Assembly: GCF_040395035.1 (NCBI RefSeq)
Contig: NZ_JBEBRB010000001.1
Coordinates: 81,579 to 145,578 of the forward strand
Length of the DNA stretch: 64,000 nucleotides
Direction of reading: 5' to 3'
Source of the DNA: Parapedobacter lycopersici
GTDB lineage: Bacteria > Bacteroidota > Bacteroidia > Sphingobacteriales > Sphingobacteriaceae
In this document: positions 30,960 through 41,267 of the stretch, one piece after another
Position numbering within the stretch: position 1 is the stretch's first letter
Layout: every line of letters begins with the position of its first letter
Position numbers and translations under genes: made by a program
Notes under the pieces: generated by a model
Told to the model about the DNA's origin: nothing
Database searches by the model: none
What the model saw: only the letters and a program-made list of their open reading frames with translations

Positions 30960-31685
30960 TCAATGGGTTAGCTTGGACGCGGCCGCCTGATCAACAAACC
31001 AGGTGACATCACGAGCATCAATAAGTTGAGCCGGATATACCTGTGGATTGGTCGCCCCTTCCAATACCTGATGCAGAGCTTCCGCTTTATTAGCACCATA
31101 GGCAACTACGGCAATTTGCTTCGCATGGTTCACCAATGACACCGTCAGCGTAACGCGATACATTTCCTGTGATGGTAAATAATAAGCGTCCACCCATTTT
31201 GCACGTTCATCCAGCACAGCCGTTCCCGGAAACCAGGATGCGGTGTGTCCATCTGCTCCCATGCCCAGTAGGATCAGGTCAAACACGCCTTCGTCTCCCA
31301 GGTAGCGTTTCAGCAGCCGCTCATACGCTACTGCAAACTCAATTGCATCCAACTCGTCTGACCACATCGGAAAAACCTGTTCATCAGGCACCGGCACATG
31401 GTTAAGCAGTGTTTCAAATGACATTTTCGCATTGCTGCGGCTGTCGGTCAGCGGTACCCACCGCTCGTCCCCCCAGAAAACATATACGTGTTCCCAGGCA
31501 ACCTGTTCCCGGTAAGGAGTTTTCGCCAGCAACTCATATAATCCGACCGGCGAGGAACCACCCGTAAGCGCTACGGTAAAATGTCCCTTTTCGGCGATAG
31601 CCTGTTTCGCTGCTTGTGCAAACAATGCAGCAAGATCAAGATTCAACTCCGGTATTGTTGAAAATTGCTTAATCCGGTTTGCCAT
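30960..31685 (-). CDS. pgl: 6-phosphogluconolactonase
   Basis: VALTGGSSP, FWGDERWVP, LGMGADGHTAS. Confidence 0.95.
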   Translation of the reverse strand: MANRIKQFSTIPELNLDLAALFAQAAKQAIAEKGHFTVALTGGSSPVGLYELLAKTPYREQVAWEHVYVFWGDERWVPLTDSRSNAKMSFETLLNHVPVPDEQVFPMWSDELDAIEFAVAYERLLKRYLGDEGVFDLILLGMGADGHTASWFPGTAVLDERAKWVDAYYLPSQEMYRVTLTVSLVNHAKQIAVVAYGANKAEALHQVLEGATNPQVYPAQLIDARDVTWFVDQAAASKLTH

Positions 31686-31695
31686 AACTTTTGCT

Positions 31696-33207
31696 TTAAG
31701 TATGCATATTCAACGCCCAGACATGACCCTGCCGGGCAATTAATGCCTCTGCACTTTCCGGACCCCAGGTGCCGGCAGCGTAATTGGGAAAATCAAGTGA
31801 ATCTCTGCTTTCCCAGGCCTCCAATATCGGTGTTATTACGTCCCAGGCCTCTTCCACCTGGTCAGAGCGCATAAACAACGTGGCGTCGCCCCGCATGGCA
31901 TCCAGCAATAACGTTTCGTATGCTTCGGGAGTCTGTGTAGAACATTTGTCGTAATCAAACACCATTTCCGCCGGATTAAGGCTCATTTCCAATCCGGTTT
32001 TCTTCGTGGTAAAACGCAAACGGATATCCATCTGCGGCTGTATATTAATCGTTAACCGATTGGGCATGAGGTTGCCCGCCTGTGCCGGTGAAAAGGTGGA
32101 ATGAGGTACCGGACGGAATTGAATCGTAATGGAAGAGGTCTTTTCCTGCATCCGCTTCCCTGTCCGTAAATAAAACGGCACCCCCTGCCACCGCCAATTG
32201 TCAATGTATAATTGCATGGCGACAAAAGTCTCCGTATTGGAAGAAGGGCTAACGCCGCTTTCCTGCCGGTATGACGGCACCTTTTTGCCGGCTAACCAAC
32301 CACTATTGTATTGTCCTCTTATGGCATATTGATGTATTTCTTCCGGCTTAAACCTGCGTACCGCGCGCAACACGTCCACTTTGCGGTTACGTATCTCTTC
32401 GGCTGCCAATGAAATGGGCGCTTCCATGGCGACCATACACAGCACCTGCAGCAAGTGGTTCTGGATCATGTCGCGAAGCGCACCGGACTGCTCGTAATAA
32501 CCACCGCGGTCCTCCACGCCCACCTGTTCAGCAACGGTAATCTGGATATAATCAATATAATTTCGGTTCCATAGCGGTTCAAACAACGCATTGGCAAAAC
32601 GGAAAGCCAGGATATTCTGTACAGTTTCCTTACCCAGGTAATGGTCAATACGGTAAATCTGTTCTTCCTGAAAAGTGTTTCCAAATAATTGGTTTAAGGC
32701 TACGGCCGTCTGCTTATTGTATCCAAAAGGCTTTTCAATTACGATACGGTCCTGGGTAGCTTCGTTTGCCAAGGCATATTTACCGATATTCGTTGCCGCC
32801 ATATCGATAAACTGTGGTGCAATTGATAAATAAAACAGCCGGTTTGCGCGCAGCTTCCATTCGCTGTCCAGCTTAGCAAGGTCCGATCCGAGTTGTTGAT
32901 ACGCTTCCGGGTCGTTAATGTCTGATTTAAGGTAGGAAACCGACGCACTGAACTGTTTCCATTTTTCCTTGTCAGGTACCCCGCTTCTAGAAAACTGCAA
33001 CAAGCCTTCATGCAGGTGTTCGTGATATGTCTTGTCCGTTAACGGCGTCCGCCCCAATCCAATAATCGCAAATTTATCAGGCATCCACCCTTCCAGGTAG
33101 AGGTTGTAAAATGCGGGAATCAGCTTTCTTTTGGCAAGGTCTCCGGTACCGCCAAAAATGATAATGATGGTCGGGGTTATTTTTTTGCCTGCTTTCATGT
33201 TCATCAC
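31696..33207 (-). CDS. zwf: Glucose-6-phosphate dehydrogenase
   Basis: [41 protein letters not shown]. Confidence 0.97.
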   Translation of the reverse strand: MMNMKAGKKITPTIIIIFGGTGDLAKRKLIPAFYNLYLEGWMPDKFAIIGLGRTPLTDKTYHEHLHEGLLQFSRSGVPDKEKWKQFSASVSYLKSDINDPEAYQQLGSDLAKLDSEWKLRANRLFYLSIAPQFIDMAATNIGKYALANEATQDRIVIEKPFGYNKQTAVALNQLFGNTFQEEQIYRIDHYLGKETVQNILAFRFANALFEPLWNRNYIDYIQITVAEQVGVEDRGGYYEQSGALRDMIQNHLLQVLCMVAMEAPISLAAEEIRNRKVDVLRAVRRFKPEEIHQYAIRGQYNSGWLAGKKVPSYRQESGVSPSSNTETFVAMQLYIDNWRWQGVPFYLRTGKRMQEKTSSITIQFRPVPHSTFSPAQAGNLMPNRLTINIQPQMDIRLRFTTKKTGLEMSLNPAEMVFDYDKCSTQTPEAYETLLLDAMRGDATLFMRSDQVEEAWDVITPILEAWESRDSLDFPNYAAGTWGPESAEALIARQGHVWALNMHT

Positions 33208-33233
33208 TTTCCAAATAAAACACTATCTATTAA

Positions 33234-34646
33234 TCATCCATTCCACTGTGTGTGGAATACCCCTTCACGGTCAATGCGTTCATATTGATGCGCACCAAAA
33301 AAGTCTCGTTGCGCCTGGATCAGGTTAGTCGGCAACGTTTCGCTACGGTAAGCGTCAAAGTAAGCGAGCGCAGACATAAAGGCCGGTACAGGAATCCCTC
33401 TGTTTACAGCTTCGGCGACGACGGCACGGATATGTTGCTGCATATTGACAACCCGACGGCCAATTTCGTCATCGAGCAACAGGTTGGGAAGCGCCCGGTC
33501 TCGTTGGTAAGCCGCCCTGAAGTCTTCCAGGCAAGCCGCGCGGATGATGCATCCACCACGCCAGATCCGGATGATTTCATCCAATTGCAGCCCATACTGG
33601 TAAGCCTCAGATGCAATCCGCAACTGAGCCAGACCCTGAGCATAAATTGCCGTCATCGCAACGTAATATGCATTTTTCACTTGCGCAATAAACTGTTCTT
33701 CGAGCAGTGACTCATGTACTACCGGTTTCCAGCGTAACCGCTTTGCCGCCTCCGTACGTTCCGTCTTGAGCTTGGATAAGTCGCGCATAGTCACCGCGGC
33801 GTCGATGGTGGGTACAGGTGCCTGTAAGTCCATCGCATTTTGCGACGTCCATTTCCCCGTGCCTTTGGCCTTTGCCCAGTCGGAAATAACATTAACGAGC
33901 CGCTGCCCGGTTTCGGTATCAACCTCATTCAACACTTTCGCCGTTATCTCAATTAAAAAGGAATTAAGTTCCGTTTCATTCCAGGCTTCAAACGTCTGCT
34001 GCAGCCGGTCATCAGGTAAACCCAGCCCCCTCTTCAATAGATCATATGTTTCCGCAATCAGCTGCATAATCGCATACTCAATACCATTATGCACCATTTT
34101 CACGTAGTTTCCTGCAGAACCACTGCCCATGTAAGCCACACACGCATCTCCGTTTACCTTTGCGGCAACGGCTTCAAAAACGGGGCGCAGCCGTTCATAC
34201 GCACGCCGGTCGCCGCCCGGCATCATGCTTGGTCCGAAACGGGCGCCGTGTTCGCCACCCGAAATACCCATTCCGAAAAAGTGGATCCCCTTCGCTGCCA
34301 GTTCCGTTACCCGGCGGTCTGTATCCGTAAAATAAGTGTTGCCGCCATCTACAATGATATCTCCGTTCTCCAGGTAAGGAAGCAACGATGCTATAGCACC
34401 ATCGACAGGCCCGCCGGCCGGCACCAGCAGCATCAGTGCCCTGGGGTGTTTAAGCGACCCGGCAAACTCCGCTACCGAAGTGGTGCCCATCACCTGTTGA
34501 TCACGGGTGGCTTCTTTCTCCAGTGAAGTAACCTTTACCGCATCCAGATCCAGACCCGCTACGGCAAAACCATGGTCGGCCATATTCAAGAGTAAATTTC
34601 TTCCCATCACACCCAGCCCCACAATACCAAAATCGTATTGACTCAT
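33234..34646 (-). CDS. gndA: NADP-dependent 6-phosphogluconate dehydrogenase
   Basis: GLGVMGRNL, VKMVHNGIEY, KGTGKWT, NLIQAQRDFFGAH. Confidence 0.97.
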   Translation of the reverse strand: MSQYDFGIVGLGVMGRNLLLNMADHGFAVAGLDLDAVKVTSLEKEATRDQQVMGTTSVAEFAGSLKHPRALMLLVPAGGPVDGAIASLLPYLENGDIIVDGGNTYFTDTDRRVTELAAKGIHFFGMGISGGEHGARFGPSMMPGGDRRAYERLRPVFEAVAAKVNGDACVAYMGSGSAGNYVKMVHNGIEYAIMQLIAETYDLLKRGLGLPDDRLQQTFEAWNETELNSFLIEITAKVLNEVDTETGQRLVNVISDWAKAKGTGKWTSQNAMDLQAPVPTIDAAVTMRDLSKLKTERTEAAKRLRWKPVVHESLLEEQFIAQVKNAYYVAMTAIYAQGLAQLRIASEAYQYGLQLDEIIRIWRGGCIIRAACLEDFRAAYQRDRALPNLLLDDEIGRRVVNMQQHIRAVVAEAVNRGIPVPAFMSALAYFDAYRSETLPTNLIQAQRDFFGAHQYERIDREGVFHTQWNG

Positions 34647-34684
34647 ATTATCCTTCTTTAATTGTTTCCATTATGTGAATGTGA

Positions 34685-35131
34685 TCATCGCCGATGTTCC
34701 AATGCAATGACTTTCTGCAGCCTACGCTCAAATCGGCCCGTGCCGATATACCGGGCCCGCAGGAAGGTATCGACCAGCTCCCGGATAAGCATCGGGCCGG
34801 TAACCCGACCGCCTATACATAAGAGGTTCATGTCATCATGTTCCACGCCCTGACGGGCAGAATACGTGTCTGTAATGAGGGCAGCACGTACGCCGGATAT
34901 CTTATTGGCAGCAATGGATACACCCACCCCGCTTCCACAGATAGCAATACCCCGCTCAACCGTCTTGCTGGCAATCGCTTCTGCCAATGGCACCACAATA
35001 TCTGGGTAATCGTCATCAGGGTCCGGTGTCATTGCACCGAAATCAATCACTTCGTATTGCTTATTTAACTCAGCTATCACAGCCTGTTTCTGTTCAAAAC
35101 CGGCATGGTCGGCCGCTATGCCTATTTTCAT
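34685..35131 (-). CDS. rpiB: RpiB/LacAB-family sugar-phosphate isomerase
   Basis: IAADHAG, DDYPD, CGSGVGVSIAANK, GRFERR. Confidence 0.9.
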   Translation of the reverse strand: MKIGIAADHAGFEQKQAVIAELNKQYEVIDFGAMTPDPDDDYPDIVVPLAEAIASKTVERGIAICGSGVGVSIAANKISGVRAALITDTYSARQGVEHDDMNLLCIGGRVTGPMLIRELVDTFLRARYIGTGRFERRLQKVIALEHRR

Positions 35132-35354
35132 ATTGCTAACAGTGGAGATTATCCGTTCGTCTTATTCGTTTTCCCGACAAATAATACTTGAAGATAAGCA
35201 AAAAAGTTTTGCCTTGCTTCCATCCTGGACGCCGTCTTTCCAGTCACTCGGTTAATTTACATTATCCGGACGCAAATATAACGACGTTAGATGACTGTAT
35301 CGTGGCTTCGGATAAACGATTTATAGATATTCCGTTGCGCCTCCGAACGGGAGA

Positions 35355-37535
35355 TCATTTAAGTGCAAATGCAATGTAATTCCCCCCCAGCTTCGCACCT
35401 CTTGCCCCGCCTGCGGCAATAACCACGTATTGCCGGCCATCCACTTCATAAGTAATCGGTGTCGCAAATCCGCCCGCCGGCAGCTGGTATTCCCAAAGCA
35501 CCTTTCCTGTTTTTTTATCAAATGCGCGGATCCGCTCATCCCTTGTGCCGGCAATAAAAATCAGTCCGCTGGCCGTAACCACCGGTCCGCCGTAATTTTC
35601 CGTACCCGTAACGGGAACGCCCTTCGCTGTCAGTTCCGGATATTCGCCCAGCGGAACCCGCCACACGTATTCACCGGTATTCAGGTCAATGGCATTCAGT
35701 GTTCCCCAGGGTGGCTTCACCCCCGGGTAACCGTCCTGATCCGTCAGTCGTTCCCACACTTTTTTAACATAACGTGGCTTAAAGCCGAAAGGCTGTCGCT
35801 CCGCCGTCTGTTCACTACTTTCCACGCGCTTTCCGTCGCCTGTACGCGGACGGGCGGCATCGGGATTAAGCAAATAATCAACAATCCGTTCACGGTCACC
35901 TTCGGGAAGATGTCCGAATGAGGGCATGCGCCCCGTTCCCGCGGCAATCAACGCCTTCAGCTGACCTGCCGAAAGCTTACCGCCAATGTCCCGGAGCGAA
36001 GGAAACTCCAATCCGTTGCCCCGGCGGTCAGCGCCGTGGCATGACGCACAGTTAACCGCATACAGCGCATGTCCTTCCGATAATTTAGCGGTCTGTGCGT
36101 TGAGCGTTGCCGTATCCACCATCTGGAGCAGCCATGGATCGTTATTCGAGTTGACATACAATATGCCTTCCGGGTCCGTAGCATTACCGCCCCACTCGGC
36201 CCCACCGCTGTAACCAAACAGGATCGTCCCCTCCACGCTGGGCGGGGTATACTTGTGGTCGGTCCGGTATTTCAGGTACCGTTCCCGGATATAGGCGTGC
36301 GATTCGGGGGAAATGTCGGTGATATCATCCTCCGTAAAAACCTGATGGGCAAAAGGGGCCGGCTTGAGCGGGAATTTCTGTGTGGGATAGGGCTGTTCAC
36401 CCGGCAGGCCGGCGGTGGGCACCGGTCGTTCCTCCACCGGAAAAAGCGGCTCGCCGCTGTCCCTGTCGAGCACATAAACCAGCCCGTCCTTGGTTGCCTG
36501 CGCTACCGCATCCACCAGTTTTCCGTTATGTCTTACCGTTACCAGGTTCGGCTGGCTCGGAATATCCCGGTCCCACAGGTCGTGGCGGATGGTCTGATAA
36601 TACCATTTGAGCTTCCCGGTTTCCGCATCCAGCGCAACGATACTGTTGGAAAAGAGGTTGGCGCCAGGGCGGTCGCCGCCATAAAAGTCCGAAGCAGGGG
36701 AGCCCGTACCAAAATACACCGTGCCCCGCGACTCGTCCACCACCATTCCCGGCCAGCTATTCACGCCGCCGATCCGCTGGTAAGCATCAGGGGGCCAGGT
36801 ATCGTATCCAACCTCGCCGGGATGCGGCACGGTATGGAATACCCATAGCAGCTTTCCGGTTACCACATCGAAACCCCGCACATAACCCGGTGCTGCATTT
36901 CCGTCCTCCGATACCGAGGAGCCCATCACCAGCACGTCTTTGTAGATCACACCGGGACTTGTCGCATTGACGTTAAGTCCCGAAACCTCACGGTCGAGCC
37001 CGTCATCCAGCCCCTGGTAAAGGCTTACCGCGCCACCGGTACCGAAACCCTCCACCAGTACGCCGCGGTCGGCATCAACCGCATAGAGGTTAGGGCCAAC
37101 GGTATACAATATGCGCCGGTCGTTTCCGCGCTCCCAGTATACCACACCGCGGTTTACGTGTATCCGCTTTTCAGGCGGGTCGAATTTCCAGCGCAATTCT
37201 CCCGTGGCCGCATCCACCGCAAACAGCTTCAGTCCCGGAGTTGTGCCATATAGCACGCCCCGAACCACAATCGGCTGGGTTTGAATCTGCAGGGCACGGG
37301 GTTCCTTACCGGGTTCGGGCGTTTCAGCTGCATCAAACATCCATGCAACCTCCAGCTGGCCTACGTTGTCCGGGGTAATCTGCGTCAGCGGCGAATACCG
37401 GTTCCCGGCCTTATTGCCCCCGTAAACCGGCCAGTCTGTCCCAGTCTTATAATCATAAGCCGTGCCGCTTCCCGTACAGTTTATGTATAGCACACCTGTT
37501 GCCAGCAGGCATGCTATGAGTCCATTCCGCATCAT
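35355..37535 (-). CDS. PQQ-dependent dehydrogenase (quinoprotein glucose dehydrogenase-like) with embedded c-type cytochrome; probable lipoprotein
   Basis: WPVYGGN..GNRYSPLTQI, beta-propeller W motifs, HDLWDRD, GGAEWGG, internal CASCH, PPWGTLNAIDL, N-terminal YINC. Start moved to ATG 37535. Confidence 0.88.
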   Translation of the reverse strand: MMRNGLIACLLATGVLYINCTGSGTAYDYKTGTDWPVYGGNKAGNRYSPLTQITPDNVGQLEVAWMFDAAETPEPGKEPRALQIQTQPIVVRGVLYGTTPGLKLFAVDAATGELRWKFDPPEKRIHVNRGVVYWERGNDRRILYTVGPNLYAVDADRGVLVEGFGTGGAVSLYQGLDDGLDREVSGLNVNATSPGVIYKDVLVMGSSVSEDGNAAPGYVRGFDVVTGKLLWVFHTVPHPGEVGYDTWPPDAYQRIGGVNSWPGMVVDESRGTVYFGTGSPASDFYGGDRPGANLFSNSIVALDAETGKLKWYYQTIRHDLWDRDIPSQPNLVTVRHNGKLVDAVAQATKDGLVYVLDRDSGEPLFPVEERPVPTAGLPGEQPYPTQKFPLKPAPFAHQVFTEDDITDISPESHAYIRERYLKYRTDHKYTPPSVEGTILFGYSGGAEWGGNATDPEGILYVNSNNDPWLLQMVDTATLNAQTAKLSEGHALYAVNCASCHGADRRGNGLEFPSLRDIGGKLSAGQLKALIAAGTGRMPSFGHLPEGDRERIVDYLLNPDAARPRTGDGKRVESSEQTAERQPFGFKPRYVKKVWERLTDQDGYPGVKPPWGTLNAIDLNTGEYVWRVPLGEYPELTAKGVPVTGTENYGGPVVTASGLIFIAGTRDERIRAFDKKTGKVLWEYQLPAGGFATPITYEVDGRQYVVIAAGGARGAKLGGNYIAFALK

Positions 37536-37567
37536 GCTAATATTCGTATTGAGAGTTGTCAAATCCC

Positions 37568-38932
37568 TTAAGGCCGGATGATTGTACCGTCTCCTTTGCG
37601 GATCGTCCACCGAGAGCGGGTGCCGATCGGATATTTCGCCGCTTCCTTCTCATTGATATCCACACCCAGTCCCGGTTTGTCACTCAGTTGGAAGTATCCA
37701 TTCTCAATGACCGGAGTGCCCGGCAGTACCTCATGAACCCGCTCGTTGAAAAACTGGGACTCCTGGATGCCAAAATTCCAAACTGCGGCGTTGATTGCGT
37801 TATTTGCCGCATGTCCAACCGGAGAAGTATCTCCCGGTCCGTGCCATGCCGTCTTCACGTTAAACCATTCGCCCAGCCGGGCCACTTTCATCGCCGGTGT
37901 AATGCCTCCGATCTGCGAAATGTGAATCCGTATATAGTCAAAAAGCTGGTCCTTCATGTAGTCCCGGAACTCATTGATATTATTGAACAATTCGCCCATC
38001 GCCAACGGAACCGTCGTCGATGCTCGGAGCTGCCGGAACCAGCCCATATTCTCAGGCGAAAACGGATCCTCAATGAAAAATGGCCGGTACTCTTCCAGAC
38101 GCTTGATCATATTGATCGCATCCATCGGCTCCACGCGCTCGTGGACGTCATGGCACAGTTCCAGTTTCTCCCCAAACCGCTTCCTTACTGCTTCAAACAT
38201 CTTGGGAACCGTTTCCAGATAAGACCGTTGGTCCATGTACTCATCGCTCTCCTTACCGTAGCCCGCCGCCCGGAAATCCGGAACATAGTCCTTGTCGAGC
38301 CCCACACCTCCGTATGCACCCAGCTGGATCCGCACATGCCGGAAACCGCGCTCCACATACCCCGCAACATTATCGCAAACTTCTTCGATATCCCGTCCGC
38401 TTGCGTGTGCGTAAGTATCAATCGCAAACCGTGTTTTACCACCCAGAAGCTGGTATACCGGTACACCAAGACGCTTGCCTTTAATATCCCAAAGTGCCTG
38501 GTCCAGGCCCGAAAGCGCATTGTTCAGCACCGGCCCGTTCCGCCAGTACGAACTTACATATGCCGCCTGCCACATGTCTTCGATGTTATCCACATCACGT
38601 CCCTGGCAGAATTCGTTTAAATAAATATCAATCGCTGGCACCACTACCGCGGCTCGCTGGGTAAATGTAGCACAGCCAAGTCCGTAAAGACCCGGCTCGC
38701 TGGTTTCAACCTTTACAATCACCAGGTTTGCCCCACCGGGGGCCGTCGTAATTGCCCGCACACGCGTGATCGTAACCGGTGCCGCACCGCGCGCATATTG
38801 TGGCGTCAGCCGGTCCATACCACGCGCCTCACCCATACCCATGAGTCCAAATGCACCCGCAGCCGAGCCCAGGCCCAGTAGCTTTAGCATCTCCCGCCGA
38901 TTCGATAATGTCTGTTTCGCTTTAGATTCCAT
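37568..38932 (-). CDS. Enolase-superfamily sugar-acid dehydratase (ManD/RspA-like) with twin-arginine signal
   Basis: SSYWRNGPV, LDQALWDIKGK, HDVHER, FIEDP, MGELF, WHGPGD; N-terminus SNRREMLKLLGLG...EARG. Confidence 0.88.
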   Translation of the reverse strand: MESKAKQTLSNRREMLKLLGLGSAAGAFGLMGMGEARGMDRLTPQYARGAAPVTITRVRAITTAPGGANLVIVKVETSEPGLYGLGCATFTQRAAVVVPAIDIYLNEFCQGRDVDNIEDMWQAAYVSSYWRNGPVLNNALSGLDQALWDIKGKRLGVPVYQLLGGKTRFAIDTYAHASGRDIEEVCDNVAGYVERGFRHVRIQLGAYGGVGLDKDYVPDFRAAGYGKESDEYMDQRSYLETVPKMFEAVRKRFGEKLELCHDVHERVEPMDAINMIKRLEEYRPFFIEDPFSPENMGWFRQLRASTTVPLAMGELFNNINEFRDYMKDQLFDYIRIHISQIGGITPAMKVARLGEWFNVKTAWHGPGDTSPVGHAANNAINAAVWNFGIQESQFFNERVHEVLPGTPVIENGYFQLSDKPGLGVDINEKEAAKYPIGTRSRWTIRKGDGTIIRP

Positions 38933-39401
38933 AATTGTTATTTTAAGTGTTCATATTCAAAGTCGTATTTGCGGCAACAGCTAACAAACCTGATAACCGC
39001 CAATTGCGAACCCCTGCAACTGATGATACCTACTGGCCATTAAAAACTCCTGCGATAAAAAGTGGTTCGGCGAATCAGCAATCCGCCTAATTTGGCAGTT
39101 TCCTGTGAAACCCTCACCAATATTACGGATTAATTGCTAATAAAAGCACGGTTTATCCAAAAAATGACCCATATAATTCCTCCGGTTGATATTACGCGGC
39201 ACAGACAGGCACTGACCCGTGCGGCGGATCTGTATGTTCTCAATATTCACTATTGCAGTTTAGATAACGGACTTGCATTTTACATTAATCGGCAGAAAAA
39301 GAAAACGCAGGTTACCTATAGCTCGGTTGGCAGGGAGAGTGGTACACTGCCGCATTGACCGTTTCATTTTTAATGCTCGGCACATCGGTAGTAACCAAAA
39401 G

Positions 39402-39433
39402 AAAAGGCTATCTTTTCTTATCGATAGCCTTTT
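39402..39433. terminator. Intrinsic terminator downstream of eda (bidirectional shape)
   Basis: aaaaggctatc / gatagcctttt perfect inverted repeat with 10-nt loop. Confidence 0.7.
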
Positions 39434-39468
39434 ATCTTGTTTTGCTGCTGGGACTGGCCTGATCCGGC

Positions 39469-40107
39469 CTATTTCACCCAGCCCATTAATTGTCCGGCAC
39501 GTGCTGCCAGCCAGTCGTAACCCGCAGCACCATCCGGTTGGGCAAATAACTTGGATCCCATGCCCACAGCACTGACACCCGCTTCAAACCATTCGGAAAT
39601 ATTCTGTTGGTCTGGGCTCACTCCGCCGGTCGGCATAAAACGCATCGTGGGGAAAAGCGGCTTAATCGCTTTTAAAAACTTCGTGCCCAAAGTATCACCG
39701 GGAAACAGTTTTACCAATGGCGCGCCAAGGTCTTCCGCCAGACTGATCTCCGTCGGTGTCATGCAGCCCGGTATCCACAATACGTTTTGCTGTAAGGTTA
39801 CCTCCGCGATTTCTCTTTTAACCACCGGACTGACGATAAAATCAGCCCCGGCCTTCAGGTATTGCGTTGCTGTGGCGGCATCCTTAATCGTGCCTATTCC
39901 CAGTTTCAGCTCCGGGAGATTCGCATTCCGGAATTCAAGCAAATGCCCAAAATTATCCAGCGCATTGGCACCCCGGTTTACAAATTCAAAAACCCGAATC
40001 CCTCCCTCATAGCACGCATTAACCACATCGATACACGTTTGCGGGTTATCGTGGTAATAAACCGGCAATACCGGATAGGCAAGAATATGATCAAGTATTT
40101 TTTCCAT
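39469..40107 (-). CDS. eda: KDPG/KHG aldolase
   Basis: GGIRVFEF, GIGTI, FIVSP, PGCMTPTEI, KLFP, PTGGV. Start moved to ATG 40107. Confidence 0.9.
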   Translation of the reverse strand: MEKILDHILAYPVLPVYYHDNPQTCIDVVNACYEGGIRVFEFVNRGANALDNFGHLLEFRNANLPELKLGIGTIKDAATATQYLKAGADFIVSPVVKREIAEVTLQQNVLWIPGCMTPTEISLAEDLGAPLVKLFPGDTLGTKFLKAIKPLFPTMRFMPTGGVSPDQQNISEWFEAGVSAVGMGSKLFAQPDGAAGYDWLAARAGQLMGWVK

Positions 40108-40183
40108 TATGTTTTGCTTTATGCGATACACGCCGGGCCTAAGCTGTTCTACTGCTTCCCTTTCGCGTACGGCTACTGTTAAT

Positions 40184-41179
40184 TTATATTTCCCCGTCTC
40201 CGAAATCTCCTTTTACAAACAACTTCTTAAATCCGGCGGAAGTTGCCGTATCCACAATTTCCTGACCCGGTTTCCCCGCCGTAAGCGCATAAATAAGTCC
40301 CGCCATAAATGCGTCACCGCTGCCAATACGGTCTACCACTTCATTCGTCTCGTGGATCGTCGAAATAAAATTGCTTTCCCTGTCGTGGTATGTACCGTAC
40401 AGCAGGTTGTGAGTCGGAGAGTCCATAAAACGGAAGGTATAAGCAACATGCTTACACCGTGGGATAAGGTCAAAGATTTCGCGTGCCGACTGTGTCGCGT
40501 GCTCAAAATAAACGTCGGCAGGGGTATCCCTGCCCAGCGTTTCCAGCACTGCGGTGCCCAGCATTTTATTTGCCGCCCAAATATTCCCCATCACCACGTC
40601 GCAGTATTGCAGCAGGTCAGGCATAACCTCAATGGGCTGCTTACCGTAATTCCAAAGCTTATTGCGGTAGTTAAGATCGACAGACACAGTCAGCCCTTTC
40701 CGTTGGGCAGTCGCCAATGCTTCTTTGCAGACTTCTGCCAACGCGGTATTCAACGCAGGGGTAAGCGCACTCCAGTGAAACCAGGTATAGCCTTCGAGCA
40801 CACGGTCCCAGTCGATCATACCGGGCTCCAGTTGACTAAGCGCGGAATACTTGCGGTCGTACACCACTTCGCCTTTTGATAGTCCGTTGGCGGAAAGCAG
40901 GAAGTACAGCCCCAGGCGATCGCCTTCAAGCAGACAGGGCGTGGTATCCACACCCAGTTTATGGAGTACCTGTATCACCTGTTTTGATAATTCGTTATCC
41001 GGGATTCGACTCATGTAACTGCATCGTAGTCCCCATTGGCCGAGCGAGGCCGCGACATTGGCTTCAGACCCTCCCGGGAAAACCGTCACCCCATTACCCT
41101 CACCTAAAAAAGTCTCGCCGGCCGAGCTCAGTCGAAGCAGCAGCTCGCCAAACGACAGTATGTTATGTTGTTCATTCAT
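40184..41179 (-). CDS. kdgK: 2-keto-3-deoxygluconate kinase (PfkB family)
   Basis: FGELLLRL, GGSEANVA, VDLNYRNKLW, VDRIGSGDAF. Confidence 0.88.
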   Translation of the reverse strand: MNEQHNILSFGELLLRLSSAGETFLGEGNGVTVFPGGSEANVAASLGQWGLRCSYMSRIPDNELSKQVIQVLHKLGVDTTPCLLEGDRLGLYFLLSANGLSKGEVVYDRKYSALSQLEPGMIDWDRVLEGYTWFHWSALTPALNTALAEVCKEALATAQRKGLTVSVDLNYRNKLWNYGKQPIEVMPDLLQYCDVVMGNIWAANKMLGTAVLETLGRDTPADVYFEHATQSAREIFDLIPRCKHVAYTFRFMDSPTHNLLYGTYHDRESNFISTIHETNEVVDRIGSGDAFMAGLIYALTAGKPGQEIVDTATSAGFKKLFVKGDFGDGEI

Positions 41180-41267
41180 GATCGGAAAATTGGGTGGCTA
41201 ATATACGAAAATAGCCATATTCCGGGGAATTACGCTTAATAAATATCAGGATAAAGCGGTCTTGTCA

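Noticed and set aside
37556-38620. 354-aa plus-strand ORF
   Set aside because: Entirely antisense to the well-supported dehydratase in a GC-rich stretch; no motifs. The same applies to the many other antisense ORFs over mfd, gnd, metG, rfbB and the PQQ gene.
39134-39575. ORFs 39134-39358 and 39273-39575
   Set aside because: No recognisable motifs; the longer one runs through the eda terminator and overlaps eda antisense.
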